NCBI GenBank assembly: GCA_965644295.1
Contig: CBFFRP010000044.1
Location: 1 to 64,000, forward strand
Length of the DNA: 64,000 nt
Origin: Paraphysomonas bandaiensis
Taxonomy: Eukaryota > Protista > Chrysophyceae
Reading direction: 5' to 3'
In this document: piece by piece, positions 20,041 through 33,553 of the stretch
Layout: each line of letters begins with the position of its first letter
Numbering within the stretch: position 1 is the stretch's first letter
Made by a program: the position numbers and the translations under genes
Notes under the pieces: model-generated
What the model was told of the DNA's origin: nothing
What the model saw: the letters and a program-made list of their open reading frames with translations, nothing else
The model's database searches: none

Positions 20041-21618
20041 ATGGATAATAATACACGTGAATCATTAATACAACAAGCTATTAGTACATTATATGAAGCA
20101 CATCATCAAGGAGTATCTTCAATATCCCAACAAATTAATTTCTTAGAAAATAAAGGCTTCACTCCAATTGAAATAACTGAAATATTAAAAAGATTAAATG
20201 AAGGATCATCTATAGGAAATAATTCGAATGGATGGATATGGCAAATAGCATATCCTTTACTTGTATTAAGTGCAGGATGTCTTGCTTATGTTGTGACTGG
20301 TGCATTAGAGGAGGTAATCACATACATATATATGTATTATAGAGTGTGTTATATATATATAGACTGAAGATGAAGCAGTAAATGTCGATACTGAATCTGA
20401 GGAAGTTATGGATAAGTGGAGTGAAGATGAGGGTGCTCTCCTCGAACAGGATGAAGCGGAACTCAATGGTGACCTTAACTTACCTCCAACCCAATACCAT
20501 GTGGACGAGAAGGGGTCACTTTCTGGTTTGACCAAGGCATTGGAAAAGCAGAGCATTGCAGTTGAGCGAGCACTAGAGATGGCTAGTCGCAGTTTAGCAA
20601 TGCAGAGAGAGGAAGAGCAGGTTCGAGTTCCTCGATGGGCGGATGATGTAAGGTTATATATATTGTTCCTGGCTTGGTTCACGTATATTGGACTGTGTTT
20701 TTTGCAGCTAGTTGATAGAGTCACAGCTCAAGGCAGGGAGCTACTGAGCCTTCAGGAGGAAGTGAAAGCTTTGGAGGAGATAATTAGATCGTCACGTGGG
20801 CACATACCAGATGAAGCGACTCAAGTAGCGACTCCGGTGCCCACGCTGCTTTTCCGTTGCATGCGATCTCTTCGAAAGACACTTTGTGACATAGTGTCCC
20901 AGAAGCAGGAGAAAAATAAGGACAGTGAGGCAGAACTGGAAGTTCCGCAGGACGTACGTGCGTTCTGTGCTGCGGTACGCATGTATCTGCAGAAAATTAT
21001 TGACAGTCCCACTATATCGCGGTAATGCATTTATATCAAACTCATCACATGTAAACTCTTTTTTACCTATAGTTACCATCGCTTGTCCGCACTGAATTCG
21101 TCTTTCAAAAGCTCTGTCGGAAGTGTTTCTGGGCATGAGGAGGTGTTAAGTGCCGTGGGTTTTAAGCGCAATGGCAATTACTTTGAGTGGACTTGGAGTG
21201 GTACATTCACAGGGAAGGTTGGTAGTAATGATGCTAAGGAATATTCCAAAGAGGAGGTGCTGGATGTGTTGAAGGGGGCAGCGGAAATGCTGCTGTGTGT
21301 TTCGAAGGGAGATGTTTCCTGGAAAGACGATATCTGCAAAATACCACCTGAATGCCTGGAAATTGTAGAGTGCACTTCCGAAGACACTAAGCCTCATGAA
21401 GACCAACCAGAAGTGAATACATCCACAAATGCTGATGATGAGGTATGTTCATATATCGCGTGTTATGAATCATAAAGGGGTCACTATAATTACTGTAGAT
21501 ATCACAAGAGGTAAGCAACTCTCCAGCTTGTTCTGATTCCCAGAAAAGCGTTATGTCCGCTGTTCCATCGTCGACAATAGAGAATACCACGTCAACAGCA
21601 GCATCTAGTACCAGTTGA
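20041..21618 (+). CDS. PEX14: PEX14-like peroxin (Pex14_N, TM, coiled coil) with C-terminal PUB domain, 5 exons
   Basis: RESLIQQAISTL...QQINFLENKGFTPIEITEILKR; PUB-like YLQKIIDSPTISRYHRLSALNSSFKSSV..VSGHEEVLSAVGF; introns 20314-20362, 20648-20707, 21022-21072 and 21443-21498. Confidence 0.8.
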
Positions 21619-24293
21619 GATTCTTTAATATAATTGAATAATCCATATCTATATTACGCAGAGTGTTATGATGCTTTTTATTTACATACAGAAAGGGTAG
21701 CGAGACAGATAGGGTGGTCCATCTACCTTCTTTGGTTTGGAACAGATAGATTTCGACAGCAGCGTTTCAACAAGTTATTTTGTATAAATCATAAATAGTT
21801 AACATTAGGAAAGCTTTCCAGGCGTACAGGTACTGAAATAGAGTAGGCACAAGAACAGCACCAAGAGAAGGGTGATAGCCTTCTCTCCCCTGATTGATTT
21901 TTATATGTTTACATTTGAGAATATCCGAAGAGGAGGCTCAGAATCAGACTCCGACCAGTCTGAGTTAAACATGCTGTATGACTGCCCTATTAACATATAT
22001 GCCATACATGCATATTCTCAAATGTAAACACTTTTCCCGTGCTTCCGTTGCTTTGAACTCTTTATGCTTTAGATGAAACTTCTGGAGTGTCTTCGGAGAG
22101 CGCTTCACCGCCTCCCTGCAGTACGAATACGCGATGGCATATGACATTGGCCTTCAAGTAATCTTTCGTCGCTTGCTTGTATGACTTCGCCTCAAGCTTG
22201 TTCAGCGGTGGAAGTCCGAAGTCTTCCTCTCTTTGTGGCCTTTCGAGCGCGACCTCGCTTTCCTCTTTACGCATCAGAAACGTCTCGAAATCTTCAATCC
22301 ATTGATCAACATTGTTCTCGTCGAACCATGACAAATCAGCTCTATCCTCCTTCTCTCCTCCGCATCTGCTATCATATATATATAGTAAAGTCTAATTATT
22401 ACATGAGAACGGTTGTGTACAGAAACTAGTTATACATCTATAGACTAACTAATAACTGGACTTGCTATATACTACTAGCGGCGGGCAACCGTCTCGGGAC
22501 TGCTTGTGCATCGCTGCGAGCACCATGGTGCAACCGTCCCTTGTATTGAGCTTAGTCGGGGGGTCTACTTTTGGGCAATATGTCTGGCGGACCTGTGCCA
22601 TGGATTATGTGAGGGGTGAATGGGGCGAGATGTATATGAGAGATGAGAGTGTAAGTTGGTGGTGGGTATCGGTCTGCTATCATATTGACTATCGGTCATT
22701 TTAGCAGTTAAAATCATTAAGAAAATTTTATAGTAATTAAACTGGATAGACTCTTTATTATAATTGCATACACAATTATTATAATCATGTAAAACATGTC
22801 AACAACATGATAATTTATTTCGTTCATATCAACCACTGCTCAACTTCAGTATCTTGAATCGTCATGATACAATACTTCAGTTTCACAGTTATAGCTATAT
22901 AGTATATAGCATCTTTGTCTACGTATTACTGTTTTTCACATTGTATTAACGTATTCTACATTCTACAGTACTATCTTAGAGAACCATACGTATTCCAACA
23001 TTATATACGTCTAACATGCCACTGTTTGGGTCCTATTATTTGTCGGTTATTATCGAATTAGTATCAGGCTATGCATACCGTTACGCTTTATACGTGAAAA
23101 TTCTAAATGGATATATGGGCATTATTATAAACAGAGTAAAATACAGAATAGGCTTCTATATTAAGCGATGGAATATAAGGAACATATACAATAGAGTGTG
23201 AAGCTAAGTATACTTGATGTTGATATCAACACAAGTAGACACGCAACATCAAAGGCAACGTAGAGCACATGGACTAATATATCTCATGCATAAGTTATCA
23301 TGCATGAATGTGGCTATATATCAACATATCAACTGGTTGTATTTCTCTGTCTTTTATAGAACTAATGTGTGATATTAATAAGGTAGCAACGGCTCCATAG
23401 GCCCATATGCAACACTTTATATAATATACGGTATGTGTGTGTTATATATACTATTCGCCCCATGCAACTTTATATCTGCGCCTCTTCAGTTATAGTTTCA
23501 TATCATCTATTCAACTAACAACATATAAATATCCAAAGATAGAGATATATATGGTACACACGGGTATATGGTAGGATATGAGATATGAGTGATTGCACAC
23601 ACTGCTATATGGAGTATGCACAATATACACACCATATATATGTAGATAGAAACATCTATATAACATGCTCACGTATCATTGCAAACAATATCTTAAATAA
23701 CATCCATACCTCTCAAAATACATGCAATACATATTATACAACACCAATAAAACATATACTGTAGTATTCATTGCATAATATATATATAACTCGACCTTAA
23801 AGTTCTATAGTATCACTGTAGTGGTCATGCATGTAACTGTAAGTCAATGGCTGCCATATGTTTGAAGCAATGGTTTGTCTTCGTGTTGATGACTATTGGC
23901 TGCAACTACGATTCATATAGTTCGAAAGCATGATAGAAACAGACAATGTAAATCATTAGTATGCATTAGATGAGATGGAAGCCACTTTACTTAAATGAAT
24001 GCATGCATGCATGTTTTCTATGCAACGATCTGTTCCATATATATCATAAAGTGGGTGTTTTCACTACAAAACCCCCCAAAAACGCTTTTTGCTACAATAC
24101 TTGTGCTTCTTTAAATAGGAATTTCGTAGAATATACCTTATTAATTCCTGTTTTCCATGCTTTTCGCATTATAACCTTCGAATACTACTACAAAACCCAT
24201 GAAATTGATGAAAATCAAGGATATTGTACTCTATATTTACAATATTTACAGTATATATACTCGACTTGGAGGTCGCAGTGTTGTGGTTAATAT

Positions 24294-24428
24294 GTATCGG
24301 CATCCTTTGTATATTTTTGTTCCAAGATGCCTCTAATATTGAGACAATAATTCTCTGTATTCCAGCCGTAGTTATATTGCAGTAATATAGAACATTTTTG
24401 TTTCAATTAATTTCCGAAAAATAAGATA
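24294..24428 (+). mobile_element. ~150-bp MITE-like repeat family, copy 3 (3'-truncated)
   Basis: gtatcggcatcctttgtatatttttgttccaagatgcctctaatattgaga...ccgaaaaataagat. Confidence 0.85.
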
Positions 24429-24504
24429 CATATGTAGAGGAATTAGATCACATCATACTCATAATTTGAGATAGTAGTAAGAATATTATAAGAAATTAAT
24501 TACA

Positions 24505-25102
24505 ATGGAAGGAGTATGTGTACCATGTAGTGATATGGATCAATCATCCATATTATCATCTGAAGATGTGAATGAAGTGAGTTCATAGTCTATTGATATA
24601 TATATGTATGCATATGTATGCATATGTATGTATATGTATGTATATGTATGTACTTACATGTATGTATGTACTTATATATATATACACATGTACTTGTATG
24701 TATGTATATATATATCTGTGTTTGACATATATGAATAGATGCTAAAAGATATGCCACTATGGAAATTAAATTCAAATGGTCATTTAAGTAGAGTTTTTAT
24801 TGCAAAAAACTTTACAGCTGCAATGGATTTTCTCAATCAAGCCGCTGCAGTTGCAGAATCAATGGGTCATCATCCTGATATGCATCTGACATCCTACAGA
24901 CAAGTCGAAGTAATATATATACACAGATAATAATACATATCTGATATTTTTATGTATGCAGATCGTGTTATATACACATTCTGTGGGAGGATTAACTCAA
25001 GCTGACTTTATGGAAGCTCGAAAACTTGATGAACTCCCTGTGACCTACTCGCCAAAATGGTATCGTGAGAATTTTCCGTCGCAGGATACTGGCAAGTCGT
25101 AG
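24505..25102 (+). CDS. PCBD: Pterin-4-alpha-carbinolamine dehydratase, 3 exons
   Basis: MEGVCVPC...|...KNFTAAMDFLNQAAAVAESMGHHPDMHL...|IVLYTHSVGGLTQADF; introns 24577-24738 and 24910-24961. Confidence 0.92.
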
Positions 25103-25665
25103 GTTTATTTATCGTGGGCTATCTTTCTTTGAGTAGTACCATAATTTAGTTAGTTTGATTATATAGTATTTTGCAGTGCTGCTTATCGGTGCTCTCACAG
25201 TAGCGTTTGATATTATATTTTAGCTTGTTTTTTGGTCTTGGTTGTCGGTGTAAATATCCGAGCGAGCAAGACTATTAGGCTGTAGAATAACCTTAGGCTA
25301 AACAACTAATCATTTAATCAGCGTATAGTTTACCGCAGTTCAAGTAAATAGCTTTGGTGGAAGAAATTATAGCAGAGCTTCTTGATATTCAGTCTGCTGT
25401 TGCTAGTGCTAAAATTTACATTCTCTTCATCGGAAGTGGTTATGCCAGGTTTGAAAGTGAAATACGAGTTAGTCCATGAAACATATATTATCATGCATGA
25501 TGCATGGGTCCCTAGAATATGTTAAGTTGTGAATTATTCTTCATCAAAATTAAAATTCTTTACATAACGTGCGCTCTATATTTCTATTCTATCTTTAAAT
25601 TTCGCTACTAACACGACCTGTATAATATTTGCAAGATGACGACATCATGTTGTTCATATAAACAA

Positions 25666-28030
25666 TTAATTATGGGATGGTGCGTCCTTTGCATCCTCGG
25701 TATCCATAGGAACTGGAGTAAGATTATGAAACATAGTAAAATCAACAACAGTCCACCCTGCTTTCAAATAAGTAACAAATGAAAAATCGCATCGACTCAC
25801 CGTTGCTGTCAATTGATGTACACGGCACAAAAAAGTGATCCCACACTATTTCATCGTATCTATAGGAGTGGAAAGCTTGTACATTATGCGAAGTTTGCGG
25901 ATCCATGCCCTCAACAACCACTACGATCTCCATTCGCCTATCCTGCATAAACGCTTTTACATCCTGCTGCTCCCACTTGTACTGTTCTCTTTGTTGTTCA
26001 GGGTCTACACAAGGTTTTAACGTATCTTCTGAGCCGTCGGGATGAAGCGCCCCCCTGCCTGATTGCCGTGTAATAACTTCGGGAAAAGAATATTGGCTTC
26101 GTCTACGAGAAATCGATTGCGATGGAGCTGACTCAGAAAATTGTTTATTATCTGCCTGAGAGTGCAGGGCAGAAGGAATTTCCCACATTTTCTCTGCAGG
26201 GGTCGAACTGAGATAAGAGTCTCGGTCACCCCCACTACATGTATCCTTGTGTGTATCAATATCAGGGGGGCTATACGGCCTCGGGGTGTAGAGGGGTACC
26301 GTAGGAGGTTCCTTCCAGCATTTAGGAGGTAATCTGAGTCATTACACCGCAATATCACATATAACTTGACTATATCAATTAGAATAACTTACAGCGGAGA
26401 AAAGTCATCTATGTCGTGTACAATCACCTGCGGAAGCGACAGTAGAATTCTAGATCCCAGGTCATCATTGGGGTGTGAGAGACGCATGTTGTATGTCTGA
26501 CAAGTGACAGCTCCCGCAGATCCCATCCGCTCGTACCGGACTGCATAGACGCGCACTTTCGCCTCCACCAGTTGCATCTTGCGTAGCTCACATACTTGAA
26601 ACATGAAATACAACTTGCCACGGATACGGCGGATTATGGCGCGGTTACTCATGACAATCGTCTTCCGACGAGAACGGGTCCTACGATGTATTCACAGAAC
26701 ACATATGTTAGAATTATTCAACTACTACACATACACTACCTACTGATCCTCTGGTAAAGGACACCCAACACACCCGCTTGAAGCATGAGACTCATACAAG
26801 AGTGAATAGTCAATACAATTGATGGGGTCACGCATCCTCCAAAATATATATCCCTGAGAAGCAAGTCAACAGCGTGAACTACATCGATCAGCTACAAGCG
26901 CACACAAGTCCATGTATCCCCGACAGAATAGTCGCACTCACTTGGCACCGAACCCGATAGTCATCATAATCTCAAGTGAAAAAGTGTACGCTCGAAGAAA
27001 TGAAGTTGTCGTAATGTTACAACGGTCGGTGAAGTTAGCAAAATCTCCCATGATTGCCCATGGTATAGCCATTACAACCGTACTGTGGTACACAGTATTA
27101 ATACTATTCACATAAAATATGTGTCACAATCGCGACTCTGCTTACCAGGTAAGAAATATTACCATCAAAACCAAACAGCACCTTGGTGTTTTCATATACA
27201 CCAGTGCCAACACAGGATCTCCTCCAAAAAACAGGCCCAAAACTTGATCACCAGGAACCTTTCGCTTAATATACCAGTCACCTTCACTCTGATGGAACGA
27301 ACTATCGCGATCAACTAAACGAGTGGCTACATTCTTAGGTGTAGATTGTATAGCAGAATCTGATGTCCAGCTATCAGATATCCAACTCTCTCTATATACA
27401 TATATACACAATTATTTATAGTATATGTAATATGTAATGTATGATATGTGATGTACAGTATGTGATGTACAGAGTATTATATGTGCAATATACAGTATGT
27501 GTGTATGGCTACATGTACTATGCAGTGTGTGTGTATATGGCTACATGTACAATGCAGTGTGTGTATATATGGCTACATGTACAATGGAGTGTGTGTGTAT
27601 ATGGCTACATGTACTATGCAGTATGTGTGTATATGGCTACATGTACAATGTGTGTGTGTATATGGCTACATGTACAATGCAGTGTGTGTGTGTATATGGC
27701 TACATGTACAATGCAGTGTGTGTGTATATGGCTACATGTACAATGCAGTGTGTGTGTATATGGCTACATGTACAATGCAGTGTGTGTGTATATGGCTACA
27801 TGTACAATGCAGTGTGTGTGTATATGGCTACATGTACAATGCAGTGTGTGTGTATATGGCTACATGTACAATGGAGTGTGTGTGTATATGGCTACATGTA
27901 CAATGCAGTGTGTGTGTATATGGCTACATGTACAATGCAGTGTGTGTGTATATGGTTACCGTGTGCCATCTCTTTTCTTCATAACAGACACCATTTTACT
28001 TTCAAAGTAAGTCATAAAACAAGTGCCCAT
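25666..28030 (-). CDS. Inward-rectifier K+ channel (Kir/IRK family), multi-exon
   Basis: Pore AYTFSLEIMMTIGFG; cytoplasmic domain IVMSNRAIIRRIRGKLYFMFQV, EIVVVVEGMDPQTSHNVQAFHSY..DEIVWDHFF, VDFTMFH; first exon MGTCFM... at 28030. Confidence 0.88.
27497..27955. repeat. 32-bp minisatellite (~14 copies) in the first intron of the Kir gene
   Basis: Unit tgcagtgtgtgtgtatatggctacatgtacaa. Confidence 0.95.
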
Positions 28031-28167
28031 GATTACTAGAATAAGGAGTTATGAATCCTCCTATAAACTAACTGAAATAATCTGATAAATAATGTGTATA
28101 ATAATATATATGACTCCGAGTATATTGTGATAGAGTTCATATGACTATATATACCACCATACACACA

Positions 28168-28321
28168 TCGTATCGGCATCATTTGTGTATTTTTGTTCCA
28201 AGATGCCTCATATATGGAGACAATAATTGTCTGTAATCCAGTCGTAGTTGTATTGCAGTTATATATAGTATTTTTGCTTCAATTTATTCCCGAAAACTAA
28301 GATGCTGACTGCCGATACGAT
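28168..28321 (+). mobile_element. ~150-bp MITE-like repeat family, copy 4 (full length)
   Basis: ATCGTATCGGCA...TGCCGATACGAT termini. Confidence 0.85.
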
Positions 28322-28731
28322 ACATATATACAGACGTCTAACACACAGATGTCATATAATGTCACCACTAATACACATGATAGCCAATCAATGAATAGTC
28401 ACAGGTACTGGTTGGAAAATAATGGTTTGAAAAAAAAAAAGTTTGAAGTAGAAGAAGTGAAAAGAAAAAATTCTATGAAAATCCCTTATTTTTTTAAAAT
28501 TTAAAATTACGAGTAGTGTTAAAATCTGTATGTATGATTAAAGTACACCACAATATCCCCATAATATACTGTGTATATATAAAAACAGGTATAGTAAATC
28601 CATGCATTAAACATCATCATATCACACATACAGTGTACATTTAAACAAAGCAATACAATCTGCTACATTACAGTCTATAGAATCAACTCACACAATGGTA
28701 TCAACTCATTGCAAAAGATGTACAACAAAAC

Positions 28732-29740
28732 ATGATCGGTAATTATCTATACTATCAAACTATTGTTTTAATTGATTTGAATAGATGTCGTTTAATGCAC
28801 TTATATAGTCATCTATCAGCAAAGACTTTATGGAAACGTGCAATTGACTCAATGTATTTGAATACAAAAGAAAGGTCAAGTATTACAACTGCTTTGAACC
28901 CATGGATACAGTTGGCAGAAATGTTTAATGATACTAGTTTAGTATTTCAGAATCAGTGTATTACTTACTACGAGGATGGAACACCGATAATTCCATACAA
29001 GTAAGTAAACTATACCACTTATCAACACTTCGTCTAATTTTTTTACAGGCCTGTGCCTAAATTGGAGAGCATAACTAAAGTTTGTTATGATCTCAACCCA
29101 TCCTTGAGTGGGAGGCCTCAACGCGATGGGGAGTGGATCAAGAAAGAAATATGTTAAATTCGAAGCACGTTGACAAAGGCAAGTACTACATATGTAACGA
29201 ACCCGCCGCATTTTATTTCTGTGATTTCTTACATAGGTATTTAACGATTTCAACCGTAGTGGTAATCAAGATGCCGAAAACTTGAACAATGAATGGTGCA
29301 AATTCAGCTCTACATATCCTACTATTTACACGTACGCTTTCTGTATCATTGATCGAGGCATGCTTGATCAATTAGGAATAATGCTTCCCGTGGAAATGCA
29401 AAAAGATAGTGGTGTCTTGGTGTCGGAACGAACCAAGCGTCCTCTCTCAAATAATCCGTCGGTAGTAAACCGTAGGCGTCAGAGAATGCGCAGAGCAGAA
29501 TGTCCTCGTAGTACGGATTCCACAACGATCTCCGACCAAGGAGGATCAAACTCCATTACGAACTCGTTTGTAAAAAATATGCTTGACACTTTTCAGCGAC
29601 AACACGAACGAAAACTTCTTGAATGCTTATATCTCTATGGTACGGACAAAATGAAAGCGAAGGCCCAAGAAAGACTATTACAGCTGGGTTACGTGAAAGG
29701 CGTTGAACTGAATTTTGATTTTGAACACGAACGCCTCTAA
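28732..29740 (+). pseudogene. Spliced gene/pseudogene of an unknown, probably transposon-associated protein, with an in-frame TAA
   Basis: Exons join as ...NPWIQLAEMFND...PYK|PVPKLESITKVCYDLNP...RDGEWIKKEIC*IRSTLTK|VFNDFNRSGNQD...; TAA at 29155-29157; the second intron is GC-AG. Start uncertain. Confidence 0.55.
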
Positions 29741-30214
29741 CCTTTCATAGGTCGCTGTTAGAATTAGACATTTTACTGAAGTTGACTTTGCTCTACACTT
29801 AAATCTTAACCTTGTTTTGTTGAACACAAAGCACTTTCAAGTAAGAAACTATAATTATTAATCTAAACACTTCACTACATATTCATGTCACATCTGGTGA
29901 ACATCTGTTCTCAGCAGCATCTGTTTATCATACGTTCACCAGTCACGCCTATATCTTATAAAGTAACACATCAGTAATGCACCTAATAACTTTGTAACTA
30001 TAATCACCCGTTACACCTACGAGTTGACTTCACCTATTGCACACTATTAACTATTGACTCACTTCAAATGCACACTATATATTACATCATATTGCAGAAC
30101 TCAACTGTGCATCTGTGTTAGACATTTTGTAACTGCTGAGAAATCTTTGGAATCCATTGCTAGGATGAATATTAAGATATTAAGTATTATGATGCTTTGA
30201 TACACATCTATATA

Positions 30215-31095
30215 ACTATATGGGATTGGATTGATTGGATATGATATGAAGTTTTTGTGATAATTTTATAGCGCAATGACACTCTATCAAAACATGTTGT
30301 CCGATTCAATAAATGTGATGTGTGTAATGGAAGGTCTATCATATCTAGGGCAACTGATGCTGATACCTAGGTTGTTTGATATTGACACATTGTTTAGACA
30401 TTTAGACTTTACCCACTGATTCAACTCACAATTACTGTATTAACAGGTTGCAATAATTTAACAATATCGTTATATTTATCACATAAACAATCACCATGCT
30501 AAACCATACGTATTCTCTACATCTTGAACAGACGCTATTTTACCATTATGGTCAGATGTTCTTATCCATTTACTCTTGCTTATTGAACATTTAGTTTTAG
30601 TAGTCCATGTAGTGTGCATCAAGGATAGAGAACAATATATTGTAAAATATATTGATTGGTGGACCGGTAAAATATTCCATCAATATTGTTTCTGTTAAAA
30701 GAGCTCACAATACTATTGCAATATATTGTAATCAATATTATGATACTCATATAGGAGAAGATTCTTAACTGTAGGGAAAAAACTATAAGCCGATGTATAT
30801 AAATCTTCGTTCAGACAGTGATTATTGCAACAATACAATAGGGGATGATGAAGCTGAAGTTGGATATGCGAAAAAAATTCTTCAATCAGTTCAAAAACTT
30901 AAGAAACGGAAAGTTGAAATATCTAAGTACAGGTGCACGAGTCATGTAGTATGTACTTCCAATCCAATACATGTGAACGCCTGTTCAGCGCTTTGCAAAA
31001 CTGATTATATCAGTGTTGCGCAAACGTGTGCATTCTACTACACTTATTATGCTGTTGTTTCTGAAAGCTAACCGACAGTTGTGGCCGGATGCAAG
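30215..31095 (+). mobile_element. Degenerate hAT transposase relic
   Basis: Broken frames give IWDWIDWI...SFCDN and a hAT C-terminal dimerisation motif TSN.CERLFS.AKLIISVLRKRVHSTTLIMLLFLKANRQLW. Confidence 0.8.
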
Positions 31096-31520
31096 CATAT
31101 TTCAATCAATATTGAATGAATATGATGATGATGATGTCACCGATGATGGCTCATGAGGATGTGTATGAGGAAACTTTTAATTAGTTAAGAGTAGTGGGTT
31201 TGATTATTAAAAGTGACCGTAGACCTTATAATGGCAAGTACTAAAAATGGAAACTACGGATGTGTTTACTTACTGATTAGTCATATACCTATATATTGGA
31301 ATATATTGAAATAGTATTGTAGGGCCGGTTTAAAAAATCCATCAATACTTTTGATGGAACGCTATCTAACAATAGTATTGCAATATATTGTTCCCTATCC
31401 CTGGTGTGCATCGCCACAAGCATACGAATTGATATCACAGCACGTTTAATATATTTTTCTCGTGACAAATAGTCACTCAATTTATTAGATTTCAACCATA
31501 ACTAAATACTAAAGTACATG

Positions 31521-32852
31521 CTATAGAAGTCCCTTGTCAATCCGCGCCGATGGAAAGCTATAATCCACCGTGTCATCTCGAAGCGGATGTACAATACGAA
31601 ATATCAGGTACCCCACTGGTGCACTTGACACGTCGAGTGTGCAATACGCCACGGGAGAGCTAGTATTTGCCTCCTTGCCATCGGATTCTCGGGTCGTCCC
31701 GCTGGAGGATGCGCGGGTACCGTGGTGTTTAGTGATTCGTATATTGACCTCGTATTGAGGTACGCTCCTGATTTCTGTCGAGCCTGCTTCATAAACAAAC
31801 GTATTTTCTATATTTGCAAACTGGGGAAGCGGAAGACCGTACTCGTCGTAGGCCACAAGTGACCAGTACTTTTGCCCCTTCGATCGTAGTGTGCTAGTAA
31901 CAATGATATCGTCGCCATCAAGAGCTCTTAGATCATATCTCATCACCCAATATCGGTGCTCCCTAGAAGGCTGCGAGGTCTCCGATGCCGTTTTGATGTC
32001 AGGTAACACGAATACGTGGTTGTGGGGACATATGTTAGTCATGTGCCTCTTGAGTCCACGCTTGCCGATTAGGAACAAATTTTGATAGATAGCATATGAA
32101 CCAATCATTCCACCAATAAAAACCGACATGGCTCGCTCTATGCTGTATCCTAGACCAATATACATTGCTCCGATTATAAAGATATTGAATGCAAGAATCT
32201 TCTGCATGCGCTGTACATCAATTCCTTTCACTCCAGTGTTGCCGGCTACCAACACTTGAGCAGGACGAACGACAATACCTGTTTCCGCACAGCAAATAGA
32301 AGGAGTTACTACCCGTGTACCCGCCGGAACAGCGAAGTTTCTCATTGCAATAAATCCTGCTGGCCAAGTATCTGGGTGTGCAACAAACCCCGGCCCTGCA
32401 ACAGATGTTGTGGTCTGCAAGGAATTAATATCATATGATCGGGGATGAAGAAAGACTTCAAATGCTCTATCATTACTGGCTTTTAAAGTTGACAAATCTA
32501 AAGTACATGGTGCATCAGAAGATCCACGAGGATATACAGTAATCGAATTGATACGAGCTGGAGGAAATACTCCATTTATACGTAATGGTCTTCCAAGTGG
32601 TAATCCTGTCCAACATATATTAAAATTAGATGGTTCAGGAAGTGTTCTCATTAAAGATATAATTAAATCATCAAATGCATGAGGATTTCCTGGTATATCT
32701 GATGTAACATAACGATGAAACATTTGATTCTTTCTAAATAATAATTTCCCTATCATTGGAACCCATATAATAAGATTAATAACTATAATGAATATAATGA
32801 ATATGATATCATGAATATATATATATAGATTGGCGATATTTGTATCTTCCAT
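31521..32852 (-). CDS. Intronless membrane protein with a DUF1254-like C-terminal domain
   Basis: Long ORF (probable start MEDTN at 32852); three hydrophobic segments; QPSREHRYWVMRYDL...KYWSLVAYDEYG...GYLIFRIV resembles DUF1254-type motifs. Confidence 0.6.
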   Translation of the reverse strand: MEDTNIANLYIYIHDIIFIIFIIVINLIIWVPMIGKLLFRKNQMFHRYVTSDIPGNPHAFDDLIISLMRTLPEPSNFNICWTGLPLGRPLRINGVFPPARINSITVYPRGSSDAPCTLDLSTLKASNDRAFEVFLHPRSYDINSLQTTTSVAGPGFVAHPDTWPAGFIAMRNFAVPAGTRVVTPSICCAETGIVVRPAQVLVAGNTGVKGIDVQRMQKILAFNIFIIGAMYIGLGYSIERAMSVFIGGMIGSYAIYQNLFLIGKRGLKRHMTNICPHNHVFVLPDIKTASETSQPSREHRYWVMRYDLRALDGDDIIVTSTLRSKGQKYWSLVAYDEYGLPLPQFANIENTFVYEAGSTEIRSVPQYEVNIRITKHHGTRASSSGTTRESDGKEANTSSPVAYCTLDVSSAPVGYLIFRIVHPLRDDTVDYSFPSARIDKGLL

Positions 32853-33553
32853 GTGTATGTTTAGTGTAATATAATGATAGTATTGTGTTAGATTATATGA
32901 ATATGTTTTCAATTATGATAATATCTTGTAAATATAAGATGATTAATGGGTTGTGTTGTGATATATATATATATATGTATGTACTGCTGTTGAATGCTGT
33001 AAAGTGGTGTGATTGAGGATGGTATGCTGGTGGTGTATGAATGATATCTATATCCAGTGCTCTGTAGGTACGTAGGTACAGTATTCCAAGAGGCGGAGTG
33101 TGTACGATCCATGGCAATAGATGTACTGCAGGATGCATACCTATACAGCAGTATATCTGTACAAAAACGACCTACAACATGCACATATACCTGTTTTTGT
33201 GGGAGATTTGTGCACGATGTATGGATATAAGCTGCAGTATATGTTTTTGTTCGGTTTTCTGTTATAGTGTACCACCAAAACTGGCATATTTTAGATTTTA
33301 GTAGAAATTATACACACACTGTACTCCACACATCATATATATTGTGAGTATTTTGAATTTGAAAAGCACATACTGTGAAAAACTGTTCCATATCTGCCTC
33401 CAGATATACATACCCTGAACCACTGTAGATGTGATACTATATAATTGTGATAGAGTTCAATTAAAACACATTCAAAACGTATGTGGATTTGAATCACTGG
33501 AATTTCTATTACTTTCCAGGAGATTTCTTGTCTTCTTCATACTATTAATCAAA

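Noticed and set aside
27441-28039. Three overlapping Cys/Tyr/Val-rich plus-strand ORFs
   Set aside because: They are artefacts of the 32-bp intronic minisatellite.
29155-29157. Stop-codon reassignment (in-frame TAA)
   Set aside because: Conserved host genes in the window have no internal stops and end in TAA, TAG or TGA; a pseudogene mutation is simpler.
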